Shown here one piece after another: positions 43,001-58,342 of a stretch of 64,000 nucleotides of DNA. Position 1 is the first letter of the stretch; the number at the start of each line of letters is the position of its first letter. Origin of the DNA: Schmidtea polychroa (taxonomy: Eukaryota); NCBI GenBank assembly GCA_044892525.1, contig CM097887.1:43896001-43960000 (forward strand), in the 5' to 3' direction. The position numbers and the translations under genes are program-made. The notes under the pieces were generated by a model. It worked only from the letters and a program-made list of their open reading frames with translations, searched no databases and had not been told where the DNA came from.

Positions 43001-44443
43001 GAAAGGTATCGTGGAATAATAAGATTTCAGTGCCTAAAAAGGGAGAGAACTGCTGGGATCCATTAAATAAAAAGTTTTGGCACAGTGTCGCTTGAATAAT
43101 TATAATCTTACAATACGCTTTTTGACTAATAACTAATGATTGAGCCACAATTAATATTACATTCCATTTGTTTCCATTCCGTTTACTGATTGAAATACTA
43201 AAAGTATTAATTACTATTTAGGTTATGAATGATGAATAACTAAAGTTCAATTTATTGCGTCAATCATTTATAGTGACTGTCAAGTTCAGTATTTGAACTA
43301 AAGTTGAGCTATTTTAAAGTACATAAAATATTTGTCTAAGTAAATTGAATTGGTCTACTACTTAAAATTAATTTAATAAAGAAAGAGAAGGTTAGACCTA
43401 TTTGTTAACTTAATTGGTCATTGTTGATGATGTATTAGCATTTTGATAGTGGCAAATGCAACTATACGCATTGACCAATAACTGATGAGTGAGCAACAAC
43501 AATCTCATCCTGTTTTCATTATAAAACAGATTTAATATTTTTGGTATCAAACTCTAGTATTTAGATTGTAAAAATGAATCTTAATTTAAACTATATATTT
43601 ATATATATTTATATTTATATATGTTTATATATATGTGTTTATATATATATATATATATATATTTATTTATTTATCTTTAAAATCTAAAAATATAAAGGAA
43701 ATTAAATGATGAAAAGATAAACGATTTTGCTGAGAGTTTTTCATGTTAAATTTGTCTATAGTTAATTATTTTTACCAGCCTATATTTTTAACATTTGCAC
43801 TTAAAAACCCATATTTGCACTTTTAAATTAGCATTAACATTTAAAAAGCATAATACGTTATAACTCCATTCGCGCACTTGAGATTTTGGCGTCTTAGTGT
43901 TCGAGAACATTCACATCTCCCTACTTTGTGAATATGTATTTAATGAATATTAAATATGGTTGTGATAAATGTTATATTTAGTTACGCTGTATCAAGATAT
44001 TTCTCAATAAAATAACGAAAGAGCCTGCTGGATTTGTGATAGGATCCATCGAAGGCAGAGTAGGAATCCAGTCGATGGTGAATGAAAATACTAAGGATTC
44101 ATTCACATTTAAATGCCATCGAATTACTGCACCAACATCAACTATACAGGATATTTATGCAGTGAATGATATTTCTATTCATCCAATTCATCACACGGTT
44201 GTCACGATGGGAAGCGATGGAAAAATAGCTTATTGGGATAAAGAATCAAGAACCAGGCTGAAATCTGTCGATCCAAAAGAACTACAGCCGGTAACTGTTG
44301 GTGATATAGATAGTAAAGGAAACATATTTGCCTACGCTATGGGATACGATTGGAGTAAAGGACACGAATATAATGATGTGAATAAAAAACCAAAACTTTT
44401 TATAAGAGAATGCAATTCCGATTTGACCCCTGCAAAGAAATAA
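40034..44443 (+). CDS. RAE1: mRNA export factor Rae1/Gle2 (WD40), join(40034..40473,40514..40694,43982..44443), 360 aa
   Basis: GT-AG introns of 40 and 3,287 nt restore SWDKKLKFWD and QLKCQLRCI; GSIEGRV, GSDGK, YAMGYDWSKGHE are Rae1 rather than Bub3 signatures. Confidence 0.93.
42327..42673. mobile_element. hAT-like MITE in RAE1 intron 2
   Basis: 13-bp TIR CAGTGGTTCTCAA/TTGAGAACCACTG; 8-bp flanks atatatag / atatacag (7/8). Confidence 0.75.
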
Positions 44444-46002
44444 AATTTTGATTTATAATAAATTTTATTTTGTAAATTTTTCTTTTTTGTTGAAATTTTA
44501 ATTTAATCCACTTAATTTAGTGGATAACATTTAATTTTGTTACTTATAATTTGTCAGTATGAAATAAATCAAATTATTTTGATAACAAAAACTTTGACGA
44601 AACAAATGTTTAAAGTTATTAAGTCCTTTTTTATTTTACATAAGTATTTAGCACTGATTCTTCAAACGAATTATAGTTGAATCAAAGACCTTCAAAGGGT
44701 CAATTTTGGTTTTAATAGACAAGTGTATTTGAGTACTTTTAAGGTTTTTAGCGGTACATTCAAAAGCTTAAGGTGAATCCGGTCGATTTTCATATTAAAT
44801 TTTGGTTTTTAAAAACGGAGTATTCGGTGTGATGGTAATTTCTACAAAATGTAATGTGTATGTGGTATTCGTGCACAGATTTCCTAACGCAACTGCGCCA
44901 AGGTTCTCACATCCCTCTACTATAGCTGTCAACATTTTATAAAATCTGTCAGTATTTATACAATTTCATTAAGAAAAATTTTAAAATATGTGATAAATCC
45001 GGACTATATGGTGATCTATATGATTGATCCCAATTCATTCTAACCTACTTTTTTAATTACATCAGTGAGGAGTTGTTTTGTTGAAAGGTTCAATTAAGCG
45101 TTCAATTTGGAAAATAAGAGATTATCATAAAAGTGCATAAATTATTTGATGCCCCAAAGATTCCCTTTTTGACATGACTATCTTTCTTTGATGGTTGATT
45201 TGTTCCTTCAAATCGTTTAAGATTCAAGACTAAAGGTTTTAGATATTCGAGTAAAATAGAAAAATATCGAAAGTTTTGAAGACGATCTATGAAAAATGAA
45301 CGAAACATTTATGAGAATACAAAAAGTAATTTTAGCAGAACTGTGATATTACGTAGCAAAGAGTCTAACACTGCAAGGTGTCACAACGTCGAAGTGCATC
45401 AGAAGTTAGATATTTATCAACCAATTTCAAAATCTCAATCCCAATAATATTTAACCTCTTAATTGGCTATGACAGATATATACCTCATCAACATATGCAT
45501 TACAAAACGCATAAGACGAATAAAAATATATCATAAATATTACTTTTGGTAACATATTATCTTAATAAATATCATCCAATAAGATATTATTTTATTTTTT
45601 GTAACACTATGCCCAAGACGTGATTATACGCTAGCGGATAACAAAACTCGTCGCTGAGGAGCGCATTTCGTTTGATGAATTAAGTCACTTAAGAGGTTAA
45701 ACAGGATTCGCGGTCCACATGTCATAATCACAAAAAACTCCCAATTTACTGAAATATATAAAAACATTTTAATATAAACAAAATATAAATATTTTTCACT
45801 TTATTTTTTAGAAAAAAACAAATAAAAGAATTTAAGAAATAGTGAAATAAATTAACTAAAGAATAATTGAGCATCAGTAAGGCTGAAATGAATCCAAAAT
45901 TATTAACGAAAATATCAAATTTTTAAAATATTCTGTTGGAATTCTTTATAAAAACTGGTTTGTTACAAAATGAAGTCTAAGCTAATGGAAATAGTTGCAG
46001 AA

Positions 46003-49000
46003 TTATGAATCTGTTTTAATTTCCCCAGTGCTGGCAATTTTCCGGACAAGTTCCGGCGAAGAATTCTTGTTAATGACATCCGCTGTTATTCTCACCTCGA
46101 CAATGTCTGAACCAGGAACTTCATACCTTGGATTCAGCAAAACGTTTTCCTTGTGTCAATTGAAATTTATGATTAAAAAATTTATTAATGTAATTATTTT
46201 AATCATATTAATCATAAAACAATGTAGTAAAACAAAGAATTTTTAGCGTTACGATTTACCCAAGGTGAAGGTCATAAGCCTATGCCTAGTTTTGTTATAT
46301 TTTAAAATTTTCACTTTGTTATTGTAACTTATCGAATTTATAATTCCAATTTTATATATTGCAATTAATAAACACAATATTTTTCAAATGTAGTGCCAAA
46401 GTTGTTTAAATATTGATTTCAATTGGCGGTATATTTAATTTGATTTATTATTATAGTAATATAATTATAATAATATAATAATAATATAATAATTATTATA
46501 ATTATTATTATAATTGAATATTATTATAATTAAATTTCTAGCTATTATATCACCGTTTCCAAATCTTTGGCTAATAGGAACCCACTTGCCAAAATAAAAA
46601 TCTTTCTCAACCCATTGGCAATTAAAATTTGGGCCTAGGTGCACGAAGTGAGTCACGGACGATTAAGGGGTATGGGGCGGATTCAGCCGCCAATTCCTTT
46701 GGGAGTATTTAGGTGTTTGTATAAAATTACTGAAAATTACTGTATAAAATAGAAAGTAAAAAATCAACCATAAAATTTCAACATATTTTAGATATAATTA
46801 CGTAATCTCTTTAATCTGAAGTTAATGAATAGATAAGAATTTATATTGAAATAAGGAAATAACACTAGATTTGATATATATCAATAATTTTTAAATTAAT
46901 CCACTTTCTGTGATTGGATCGATCTGAAATTTTGCCAAATTTCAGCTCAATCCGATCACGGAAAGTAGGTTAATTTGGCCTCACAACATTTGCGTGACAC
47001 ATACAAACATGAAAACATCAGCGAAGTTAATATAGAGAGAGTAAAAATAATAAGATTAGCCACGATAAAAAGCATTGCGGCTAAATTTGACATCAGAAAC
47101 CAGAGAGACAATGAGTTAAGAGCAGCTCCAAAAAATAACTAGTCTCGAGCCATTTGAGCAAGAATATAGATATCTTCCTTTTTGTACTTCACTTCTTCCA
47201 ACTAAATTTAATATTTTATTATTTCTTATTTCCCTACAACTGAAACATTAACCAATAAAACCCCACCAAAGGTCTTTTCACAGAAATTTTTTAAATTAAA
47301 AATATTTTCAAAGACCAGGAAATCCTTTTAAAATTAAAATAAAAATTGTGTATTAATCAGGAACACACACAGACAATTTTTCAAAATTTCTACTTCAAAT
47401 CAGCAACCAAAGTCGGTTAAACCCCTTGAAATATAATTTTCAAAGTCAAAGGAAACTTTATAAAATTAAATTTTTTTTAATTTAACCCACATATCTTTTC
47501 AAGAATTTTGGAGCCAGTTTGTAGATAAAAGTTGAGTAAATCACCTTTCTCATGATTGGGAGTGTTTCTCACTCTGTAGTTTCACAGCTACATAATGACA
47601 AAAAAAATTGTTAGGACAATTTGCATTACCTAGAGACAAACATCTCAAAATTACGATGAAAGAAATTCCTAAAAACTTTGGTAAAATAGTGTCCATGTCA
47701 AACAATCTTTAAAACATCATAGTCATTTAATAACTTTTATCTAGTGTTAGTCGAAGACATTTAATCCTAAAAATATTTTCGAAATCTTTAAAAAAATTAA
47801 TTAAATTTTATAACCTTTTTCTATTTTTCACGCTTAGAGAATTCATAAATAAAATTAGTTAATCCGAATTTGAAATACATCAAAAATAAAGTAATGAAAT
47901 ATTATGAAAATAAAATTTTTTAAGTCATCTATTTATTAAAACAAAATAAATAAATATACCAAAATAGATCGAAGTCCTCTAGCCCCTGTCCTTCTTAAAA
48001 GAGCTTTATGTGCAATGGCCCTTAAGGCATCGTCTGTAATTGTTAGTTCACACTAAAAAGTATACAATTATGCTAAGTTTATTTATTTATTTTATAATAC
48101 TAAAATTTGTTCTAAACAAGATTAGAATAAAACTTAACCACTTAATGGCCCTAAACTAAATCCTCTTGCACGAGGAATTTTTGCTAACCCGAGTCATGCT
48201 AACCAGTTCGCACTTGTTTACAATAAAAAATCGTCATACGTTCACGAATCATTTTATTCCGCGTAAATTTACCTGCAAATCTTTGTACAAAATCCCTAGT
48301 ATTAAGTGTTTAATCTAATAATTCGGATCTAAAATATTGAAGAAACAATAAGCAGCTTATAAAGTACTTTGAATTGCGAGATAGAGGTGTAAGACTTCAT
48401 AATTTATTAAAATAAAAAAAACACTTACAAAATAATGTTTATATCGCACTTTAATTACTCATGGGCAATTATAAACCTCAACAAAATATTCCATTTGAAT
48501 CCTGCAGATCAGGACACTCTGTATAAAATGGGCGAGTAAAATAACATTCAAATGAATATAAACTTAGAAACTTAGGCAATAAATCTTGGGCTGCGGTTAT
48601 TACCAGAAACCAGTAAGCACTTCAAAAATATTTTTTTAAATCGTGACAGCCGAATTAACTAGTTTTTTAATTGTGTAAAACAAAATGTTTGACATCTAAA
48701 TTACATTTCATTTATTTTTCTTCAAATGACAATTGATCAATAAAATTAAATGTTTGGCAAAAATAAAAGAATAACAAAAAAATAAAATTATTCACATAAT
48801 TTATGAATAAATGTAATCAAAATAAATTTAAATCATCAATCAAATTTTTTGTATGAAAATGAGTGAATAAATAGAAAAATTATGTTTAAAGTCGACTCCA
48901 GCTTATAAGTAAGAGGAAGTTTTGTTGACACTTTTTGATCTAGGTTTTTTTGCTATTCAAAGGTACTAAGATCAAATCTTTGTAGGAGATAAAAGTTACG

Positions 49001-52000
49001 GGGTCGTGGCTAACAATGGTAGTCCATAAACTTTTGTGATTCTTTAAAATAACTTTTTCTTTTCATTACTAAAACACATATTACGGTTTATTTAAGGATT
49101 TGTATAGATACATAAAGATACGTTCCAGGAAAAATCTTGTAAATCGAAACCATGTAATACGATACACATCATGGATATAAAGGAGATGGATTCGACTAAA
49201 TGTTAAAACTGTCTAAATCACTGGATAAATTGAGTGATTTTGAGAATAATAACAATATAAATATTTACTTTATCTAAATTAAATAACATCTTAAATTGAG
49301 TTATCAACGCATTCTTTGGTTGTGTCAGAATGGTAATGAGCATACTCTCATCGAGATTATGTAGCGCGGTAACGATGGGAAAGCGGCCAACGAATTCTGG
49401 TATCAAACCGTAACTGATTAAATCTCGCACTTCAACATCTTTTAATAATTCATCTTTAATTTTATTTTCTTCCGCTGGATCATCTTCTGAGTTGTAACTA
49501 AATGAAGCGATTTCTACTCTATGTGATCCTTGGAAATTTTGTTTTTTATCGGGGTCCGTAGGTGATTGGTTTTTGTCAATAATTTCATTGTCGACTTCGA
49601 ATCCTGTTGTCTAAAAAGTTTAAATAGATAAATTAAATATATCACAAGAAACTTAAGAAATTTATCTTAAAACTATCTCAAGAAAAAATAAAAACAACAA
49701 ATAATCAATTTTAAATATTCAGAAACTGTTTATTTGATTTACTGAGGTGCCATAATTCAATATGGCGATGAAGCATTTAGTGTACCCGATACAGCGCCTC
49801 TTGATATATTCCAGGGTATTTCAACTATTTCAGCCTGTGTCGCCCTTTTTATACCCCAGTCTAACACTTGATAAATGCAGTGTCGAGAATTTGTGTTACA
49901 TATGGAAAAATGTGTTTAACAATTTTATTGTCGTGAATATTTCGTGAAAATATTTCATGTACTTTAAATAGTTCATTAAGAACAGCACCAAAATCACTTT
50001 TGCTTTGTGAAAGACAATGTTTCCCCAGTATTAATTATATTCATTAACCATCTCCGTTTTTTTGCACATAGGCTAATTTGACTACGCTGAATTCGAGAAC
50101 AGTATTTTAGGTAGGGTAACTGTCGAGTATATTGGCCACACTTAAATTGTGTCCATAATCTACCATGCAATTTATCTTTTCAATTATTATGCACAAAATT
50201 ATTTTATAGAATTATATTCACGGTATTTTTTGTAAATGGTCCGAACACTTTGAATATGCAATTTACTCAATCAAAATGTAGTATTTTATCCGCCTTATCA
50301 CCACCTCAATCAAACTCATACTGAATAATAATTAAAATAAACTGACTGGCAGCGACAGCATTTCTTAAAACTCTAAACTTGTTTTAAACAAAAAAAAGCG
50401 TAAAGTGTGGAAAAAACAAATCAACCGTAATCTATTAATCATCGAAATCGATGTACTTGTATTTTCGAATATATTCGACAAGACGGAAAGGGTTAATAAT
50501 AAAAATTTTCAAAAGTTTATTCTTTATTTACAATATTAAAACAAATGGGGTCACTTTATTGACAATATCTTGATCAGGAAAACATCTATTATTTTAAATT
50601 ACATTTATATTTACTTTTAAATAGTTAATATATTATTCACAATTTTTATACACACGATAATGATTAAATACTAATTAATTAATATATATTTATTAAATTA
50701 ATGAATTCAATGAAATGTTTAATTTAAATTCGTATTTACACTATGAAACCTATATTCAAGATAGCAGATAAATTTAAAAAGATTTTTATTCTAAATTAAA
50801 AGGGAGTGCCCATCAAAGTGCCCATCCACTTCATAGCAAAGTTGGTACCCTAGATAGTACTAAATAAAATCATTCCGTTTTATAGATTTGTTAGTCATTC
50901 AAAAAATTAATGGAAAAATCTTATAGATTTAAAAATAATGAAAATATTTACACGTTTGTGTTTTCTTTGTTTAATTATTTTTTCTAAACCATTAAATGCT
51001 CCCGAGGCAATGAATAAAATATTTGAGGTATCAATTGAAATCGGCTCAGATCGAATTCGCCTGACTCCTTTTGAATCTGGAATTGTCACGACTGATCCTT
51101 CTAATAATTTCAACATTGCTTGCTGTACACCTTCACCACCAACATCTCGTATGGCATGATAAAATCCCGTTTTGCAAGTAATTTTATCGACTTCATCCAA
51201 AAACACGATACCCTTTAATCAAACATGACTTTAAGGATTTTATTTATAAAATATCTTTTTCTATTTTTAAAATGTTTTTGATTAATTAAATCATATAAAC
51301 AGTTAAATGATAATTTAAACCTTTTGCCGCGAAGTATTTATTCAATAAAATGAAAGATTTTTCAGCTATAAAAATAGTTATTTTAAATTTCCTACAATTT
51401 AGTTGTTTCAATTTTCCAATGCTTTTCGGTCTACTCTCTTATTTCGATTTTTCTTACTTCTCATTAGTTAAAAAAATAACTGAATCAAAATAACTTTTTT
51501 GAAGAATTTAAAATTTTTTTTAATTAAATTTCCTGTAATTAAATATATACTTCGCAGCAAAAGGCTTAAATTATCATTTAATTGTTTAACATTTAATTAA
51601 TGCTGCTACCAAGAAATCATCATTTTATACTTAAATCATAAGTAATTAATTAAAATGTAATTAATTTAATCAAAGATATTCGGCGTGAGAACTTTTTTCA
51701 AAATTTTTTCAAATAATTTTGTCAATTTTAATTAATTAATAAAAGCAGTTAAAAGAAAATTCAAGTACACATATGTTAATAAAAAAATTTAAACTAACAG
51801 TAAATTAAATTAACAGTAAATTATAATGATGAATTAATTTCAAATTAAAAATAGAATAAAATTTATTACGATCTTTGAAGAATTTTCTAATAGCAGATTA
51901 ATTTCGAGTTTATTTGATTGTTATCAATATCATGTAACAATCTGATCATGGTGATCTTGAATATCACCTATTTTAAGGGTTCTAGTAAGGGTTGTAGTGA

Positions 52001-55000
52001 GTTTGACAGCATTGCATAATAATATTTACCTGCGATATTATTATCGTAGTGTAAAACATATTACCCTGGGGTAGTTTGTTACAGTTAACTTGGTTTGTGT
52101 GCGTATATAATTTGCTTCTTCTAATCGCGTTTGTTTCGAATTATCTTTGTTGGAATTATTATCGATTTTACTGAATTTTGTTACTCACATTTTGATAGTT
52201 AATTTTGAATAAATAACTTACATTCATTTTTTCGTCCTCAACAATGAATTGGGAATTCTAGCATTTATCAATACGGTTAATGATACAGAATCATAGGTAA
52301 AGCAAAATCTTTGAATAATACTGATTCGAATCCATATGCTCTTCCGAATTTTGATGAACCAATTTTGATACCAATACATATAACAGAGACTTTATTGAAC
52401 ACAGAGAAGATAAAATCGATGAAGTGTGATATGAAACATTCTTTGAGTGATTCAATCATTGACCATCTGAAAGGAGATGATATTAATCGCAATTCACTGA
52501 GGAAGAGAATGAGTAACGGTCGGAGAATTGGTTCGAATCTCAATGGACAAGTTTAATCTAGTGAACACAAATCTAAGAATTTAATGAATTTCAACACAAC
52601 TTATAAAGATATATATTTCATGAAATATCGTAGCAAATCTTTAAAATGTTTGGGAATTCCCGTTGAAGATATAATCAACAGGAACAGTCATTCTTCAAGT
52701 TCTATTGAAGATTTTAGGAAAAAATCGCTAGATCTATTAGAAAGCCTATGAAAGACGTGTGAAAATTTAATATCAATCATACTTTTATTCTAACTTCTTG
52801 AAGACAAAGACAAATTTTAAATATAAAGGTAGAAATAAAATACCTTTTGAGTTTTGTCAACATTGTAATTAGATACTTGAAAAAGCTTTCCGATGACTGA
52901 TTCTATATCTTCTCCGACATATCCGGCTTGAGTCAGAGTAGTACAATCGCATATTGCTAGCGGCACATCCAAACATTTGGCTAATGTCTGAGCTAATAAT
53001 GTTTTACCTAAAGAATTATGAATAATTTACAATGAACATATAAACTAACCTGACCCAGTTGGACCTAGGATAATAATATTACTTTTGTCCAATCGCAAGA
53101 CACTATTATTGTAGTCATCCAAGCTAGAATCTTTGGTTGGCTGTTCATTATTGAAGGAAGTGTTTCTAAAGGTATTGTTTGAGGCTTTTGTTGGAAGCTC
53201 TGTCCATTTGTCACCATCAGCTATATATTATAGAAATGTTTTCAAATGCCTCATTTCTTTATAAAACCTTCATTTTCATTCATCATCATTATCTTTTAAT
53301 TGTAGAGATTTATTCCCAAATTTAATCAATAATATATTTTCTATATGATTTATTTATAAACTAGCTTTATTCCCGGGTTTCGGTCAGGGTTTCCTGAATA
53401 TTAATATCATATTCCTTTATATTAATTGAAAAACCGCCGAAAAACTAAAGCTTGCATAAAGGAAATATTGACAATAAATAAAGTCATCACAAACAATTCA
53501 TGGTATGATTATTTCAACAATATGCAATAAAAGCACTTTGTATTTCTCCATTGTCTACAATGAATAATTCACATCAAATTTATTTTTAGTCACTGAGACG
53601 ATGTCTTCATTGATGTTATATCAAAATCAACTGAAAAAGCTTCTAAAAACATCGATATCTTTACAGATTCATGGTCAAGTTTTAAATAATTCCTTTGTCA
53701 ATGGAAAAGAAATCAGATGCGAAAATCGAAATAAGTTCTTATAATATATATTATAAATCTGATCGGTGAAAAGTACAAAAATATTTTAAATGAGTGTTAG
53801 ACGCAATTAAATTCAAATCTTCTTCAAGCATTTATTTTTATAACAACTTCAAAATTGTGCCGTTTACTGGTGTATTTAAACACCGAGGCGTGATAATTAT
53901 TAATATTAATGTAATGACTGGTCATACATTTAATTGATTTAATTTAACATAATTTAATATAATATGATATAATTTAATATAGAATTTAAATATAAAAATT
54001 TAACAGAAATAATTATTTCTACTAACTGATCTCACTTCTACCATTTAACCATAATAATCTTATGTAGAGGTTTACTAACTCCTTACAATGAGGATATAAA
54101 TTTATCATATATTTTGAATAATAAACTGATTATATAGTTATTTAATTTACCGGTTAAAACAAATCTCACCATTTGTGGAATCTTCGAGGTTACATTTGAA
54201 ATCTTTATCTGAATTTGAATAAAAAAATTAATGGGTAACTTATTTTTTTCTAGAAATCTTCACCTGATAAGTCTTGATTGTTAGTACGCACTTCTTTCGT
54301 GGACTGTTTGATTGAATTGTTAATATAATAGTCTTTCGAAAATGACTGTTCCAAATCAAATCCTTTTGGAATAGAAGAAACAATTTTTCCGTCATTTTGA
54401 AACTGAATTACGCTATTCGATTTAGCTTGTTTGGATTTCGAGTTGAATAAAATCCTTGTGTAATGCGAGTAGACTTGGACTGACAGGATCTGTTTCGCTC
54501 TTTGCTGGCCAATGACATGCTTATCCAAGAATTGATGGATCTAGAATTTTTCCAATTTTCAGAGAAAATAACTGATTTAGATTAGTGAACACAATAAGGG
54601 CTGTAAGAGTAAAATAGGTATGCCTGATTTTAAAATTTTTTTAAAAATTTTCGATAATTATTGGGAACGTGTAATTTGTGAGACGTTATTGATAAATTCA
54701 TTGAATCCGAAAATTAATGTGCAGAATGCAGTGGATACTTGTGTTTTAAATGTTTTTAAATAATTTTTTTGTATATTGTATGTATTGATTGTTGTTTGTT
54801 AAATTAATTAATTAATAAAAATTTTTTAAATTATTAAATTAAATTATAAAGGTTAAAAAACTTTTTAAAAATAATATATAATTTTAATTAGGATTTTTAA
54901 AAAATGAAATTTTTTTATTAAATAATAAAAATTTTTGTATATAATTAATAAAATTAATAAATTTGTTTAAAATCCTTAATTTATATAGTTATTATATCCC

Positions 55001-58000
55001 AACTGATGATGACAGGAAAACTGTCGAAATATATCGCGAAAAGAATGTTTGATTGGCGTTTTCTTATAATTAAATCACTGCCATGTATGTTTAACTATTT
55101 ATTTGTAGTATGTTTCTTTTTTTGTACAAAATGTACATTGAATTGACTTTTATTTAAATTTAAACTCATTTAGAAACTTTTACACAACATCTCATACAGT
55201 ACCGCTCATATTAATCAACTCACTATTTTTCAAAATATATTTTTATGATTTTCACACAATAAACATTCACATTTTTTAATCAAATTTTTTAAAATGTAAT
55301 TAACGGTATTTAGTTTATTAAAGTAAAATAAATTTTAAAAATAAATATTCATTATGGTTATTACTACTACAAGAAATTAAGAAATGACGCACAAATCACA
55401 CGTATTAAGGATATTTGGAGTAACGGTGATGATATTAATAATTCTTGTTCCATCATCATTGAAAGAATGCCCCGATTTATTTGTTAGACTGTGTGTATCG
55501 AGTATTAATTGTATCCATTTAAATTAGTTAAAAATTCGAAATTCAAATATTTATTATTATTCACAATATTCAAACAAGAGGATTATTTTACGCCAACAAT
55601 ATCTTGAGCAAGAAAACATCATTCTACAATCATTTATTAATTTAAATTATAATATAGTTTTGAAGATTAAATGACAATCGTTGGAATATGAATTAAGAAC
55701 TTCGTTTCGTATTTCTTCCATTTTCGCGACTGAGATTGCCAAAAACAAACAAGCGACCATAATCCAGATTGGTTCAAAACAATGGTTTGGTATTTATTTT
55801 TCAAACTTCAAATACGAACTGATATTTTTGTTAGGTGAACTTTGAGCACTGATGAAACAGAAATACAGGAAGAACACATAGATTGATGTTAATGGAATTT
55901 GAGGTGAAACGGTACGATATTCCACAATTCCAGATTGTTGAATAAATTTTTAATTTTCTTTTAATAAAATTAAATATGCATGTTTCGATCAATCTGTTTT
56001 TTTCTATTCTCAGTTAAATATCTACTTTTGACAACAAGAATTTGCTACTGGAAATAATCAATTAATAACGATTGATTTCTCCCTCAAAATAGTTGACTTT
56101 TATTGTTTTTATTAATTTTGTTTTAGTAATTTCTGATTTCAAGGTAATTGAAACAATTTTATAATATTAAAATAAAAATTAATTTTAATTAAAATATCTG
56201 ACAATAATTATACTAATAACACTATTCTTTACTCAAGTATAGATACTCAACAGTTTTGATTCGATCAGTTCTCTTTGAGATTCTGTTTGTTTCCCCAGTA
56301 TTTAAAAATTGGTAACATCACAATTATTGAGAGAAACTTTCAAATCGCTCGGACAAGCAAAAATGTTACACCTAGAAATTGCAACAGTAAACTTAAATTA
56401 TTACTAACACGAACAGATACATCTGCGGAGTAGGTACCTAGAAAAACGTTCCAAAACAAAAAGAGCAAAATATAAAATCGACAATAACAAAAATACCTAA
56501 TAAAAATAAAATAGTAATAAAAACAAATTTTTTAAAAATTAAAAATTAAGCAATTAATATTTTCCAGCTAAAATTTTGCATGGATATAATTTAGCGCTTT
56601 CAAGAAATAGTGAGGCAACTATTGTTCAAGGATGACAATAAAGATTCCATGGGATGATCGAGACCCCAAATTCGACAATATGGACGTTTCTAGGATTTGT
56701 TAAGAAACTTCAAAGAAATAATAAAATATTAATTAATATGACGAATTTTAAAAAAAAGTTAGTATAAACTTAAATATCGGAAAATTTCTAAAAATAATTA
56801 TTTTCTCATAATAATATTATTGAAGTTCAAATAAATACTATTATAAAAAGTGTTTTGACTGAATCATTACTTTTATTTTAATTCATTTATTTATCATTTA
56901 ATTTTTTATTCATCTTTTATTTGTTCTTTTCAATTAGTTTTAAATTTACATAGGAATTACACCTATCCCCCGATTTACACGGTAGATACGTTCCTGAGAA
57001 AAACGTGTAAATCGAAAATTAAAAAGTTTCAAGTCAAAACCGTGTAAATCGAAAAGCTTGCAGAAAATGCATAATTTTGCTATTTAACAGTTGTGATTTT
57101 TTTCAATATTTTTAGGTGTACACAGAAATAAAAATAAAATGAATTGACAGATTAAAATATGTAATATATTACGGAAACACTGTTTTTTTTATTTAATTAC
57201 AATACATTAAACAGAAGAACAAAAAATAAAACCAAAGGTGTTTTATTATCCTTCATCACTATCAGAAATTACTCTCATTCTTTTTTTCGGAATCGAAGGT
57301 TGGAATTCATTTTCATCACTCGAAGTTATTTGTGCCGATTCGATGTTTGAAGCAGAAATATTTACATTCTGAGAGGTAGTAATAAAATCGGTTATTAACA
57401 ATTGCTTCGAATTTTTTTGTAAGATCTTTGTAAACTTCTTCATATTGAGCCAAGCAGCGATTTATGTCACGTTGGAATCGTAAAGCCCTTTCTACGTTTG
57501 TGTCATTTTGTATAAAATGATTACCCAGCTTTCTTCCCAATGCGAGTCCTTCGCGGATGACTTTAGCAGTGAATGTTACTGGTACTAATTCCTCTTCATC
57601 AGATTTTTCAGACTCACTTTCGCAAACTAAGTTATATTTGTTTTTCTAAATTTAACACAAATTTTTAGCACTGCTTTTCAGCAATTCCTACGCTACATAT
57701 TCCCGTGAACAATTTGGGAATAGGTGATTTAGGCATGATAATTGCAGTTTAGCTCATTTTTAAATGTGATTTGTTTGCAAAATTTCAAAACTGGTTATTA
57801 AATTGGTTAAGATTCTTATTTTTGTTCATAATAATAATAATAACTTAAAATATCCAAAAGATTTTTCCAATTCATATTATTAAAACAAAGCTTCTCTTTA
57901 TAAAACTGAAACTTAAAGAATGAAAACAATGTGTTTTCATATTCTGAACGATGTCAGCATATTGCAATCATATAAATACTATTTAATATATAATATTATA

Positions 58001-58342
58001 AATTTAGTATATAAAAATATAATTTTTTCAACTTTGAAATTATATGTCTCAACTGTTGAATTAAAAAATATTTTTAACGAATGGGTTTCCGGTGTGGAAG
58101 TTATTGGCTAGTCGCGTTCCATTCAACATGAAGGGTTAAAGGTGAAAACTAATAATAATATTGATTTATACATAAATAATGAAAAGAAATAGCACATACT
58201 TCTTTTGGGGTCGGAACATTAAATTGTATCTCTGTAGTTCTCACAGAATGGGTACTTTTAGTGGCAAGAGTTGTATCGATAATATCCTTGTCAATCAGAG
58301 TAAACAAATATTTGCATTTGTCACAAACCATGTATTGAAATA
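46003..58342 (-). CDS. CLPX: Mitochondrial ClpX ATPase, 5'-partial; exons 58200-58342, 54264-54540, 54170-54208, 53050-53220, 52844-53007, 50952-51212, 49269-49610, 47960-48052, 46003-46149
   Basis: VCDKC...VPTPKE|[26 protein letters not shown]|KT (Walker A), [18 protein letters not shown] (Walker B), [30 protein letters not shown]; GT-AG junctions are phase-consistent. N-terminal exon(s) not resolved. Confidence 0.92.
51297..51587. repeat. Foldback/MITE-like element, 46-bp inverted arms (42/46 match) in a CLPX intron
   Basis: 51297-51342 versus reverse complement of 51542-51587. Confidence 0.7.
56960..57640 (-). mobile_element. pogo/Tigger-like (Tc1/mariner superfamily) transposon remnant
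   Basis: Fragments [24 protein letters not shown] and KQLLITDF resemble pogo-type transposase C-termini; TA-flanked cacctatcccccgatttacacgg end; related remnant near 49100-49150. Confidence 0.45.

Noticed and set aside
40034-44443. Functional link between RAE1 (mRNA export) and the giant element
   Set aside because: It lies about 9.5 kb outside the LTR/TSD boundary and is an ordinary intron-containing host gene; proximity alone is not evidence.
46003-58342. Bacterial clpX or horizontal transfer
   Set aside because: Split by GT-AG introns with consistent phases; fits nuclear-encoded mitochondrial CLPX.
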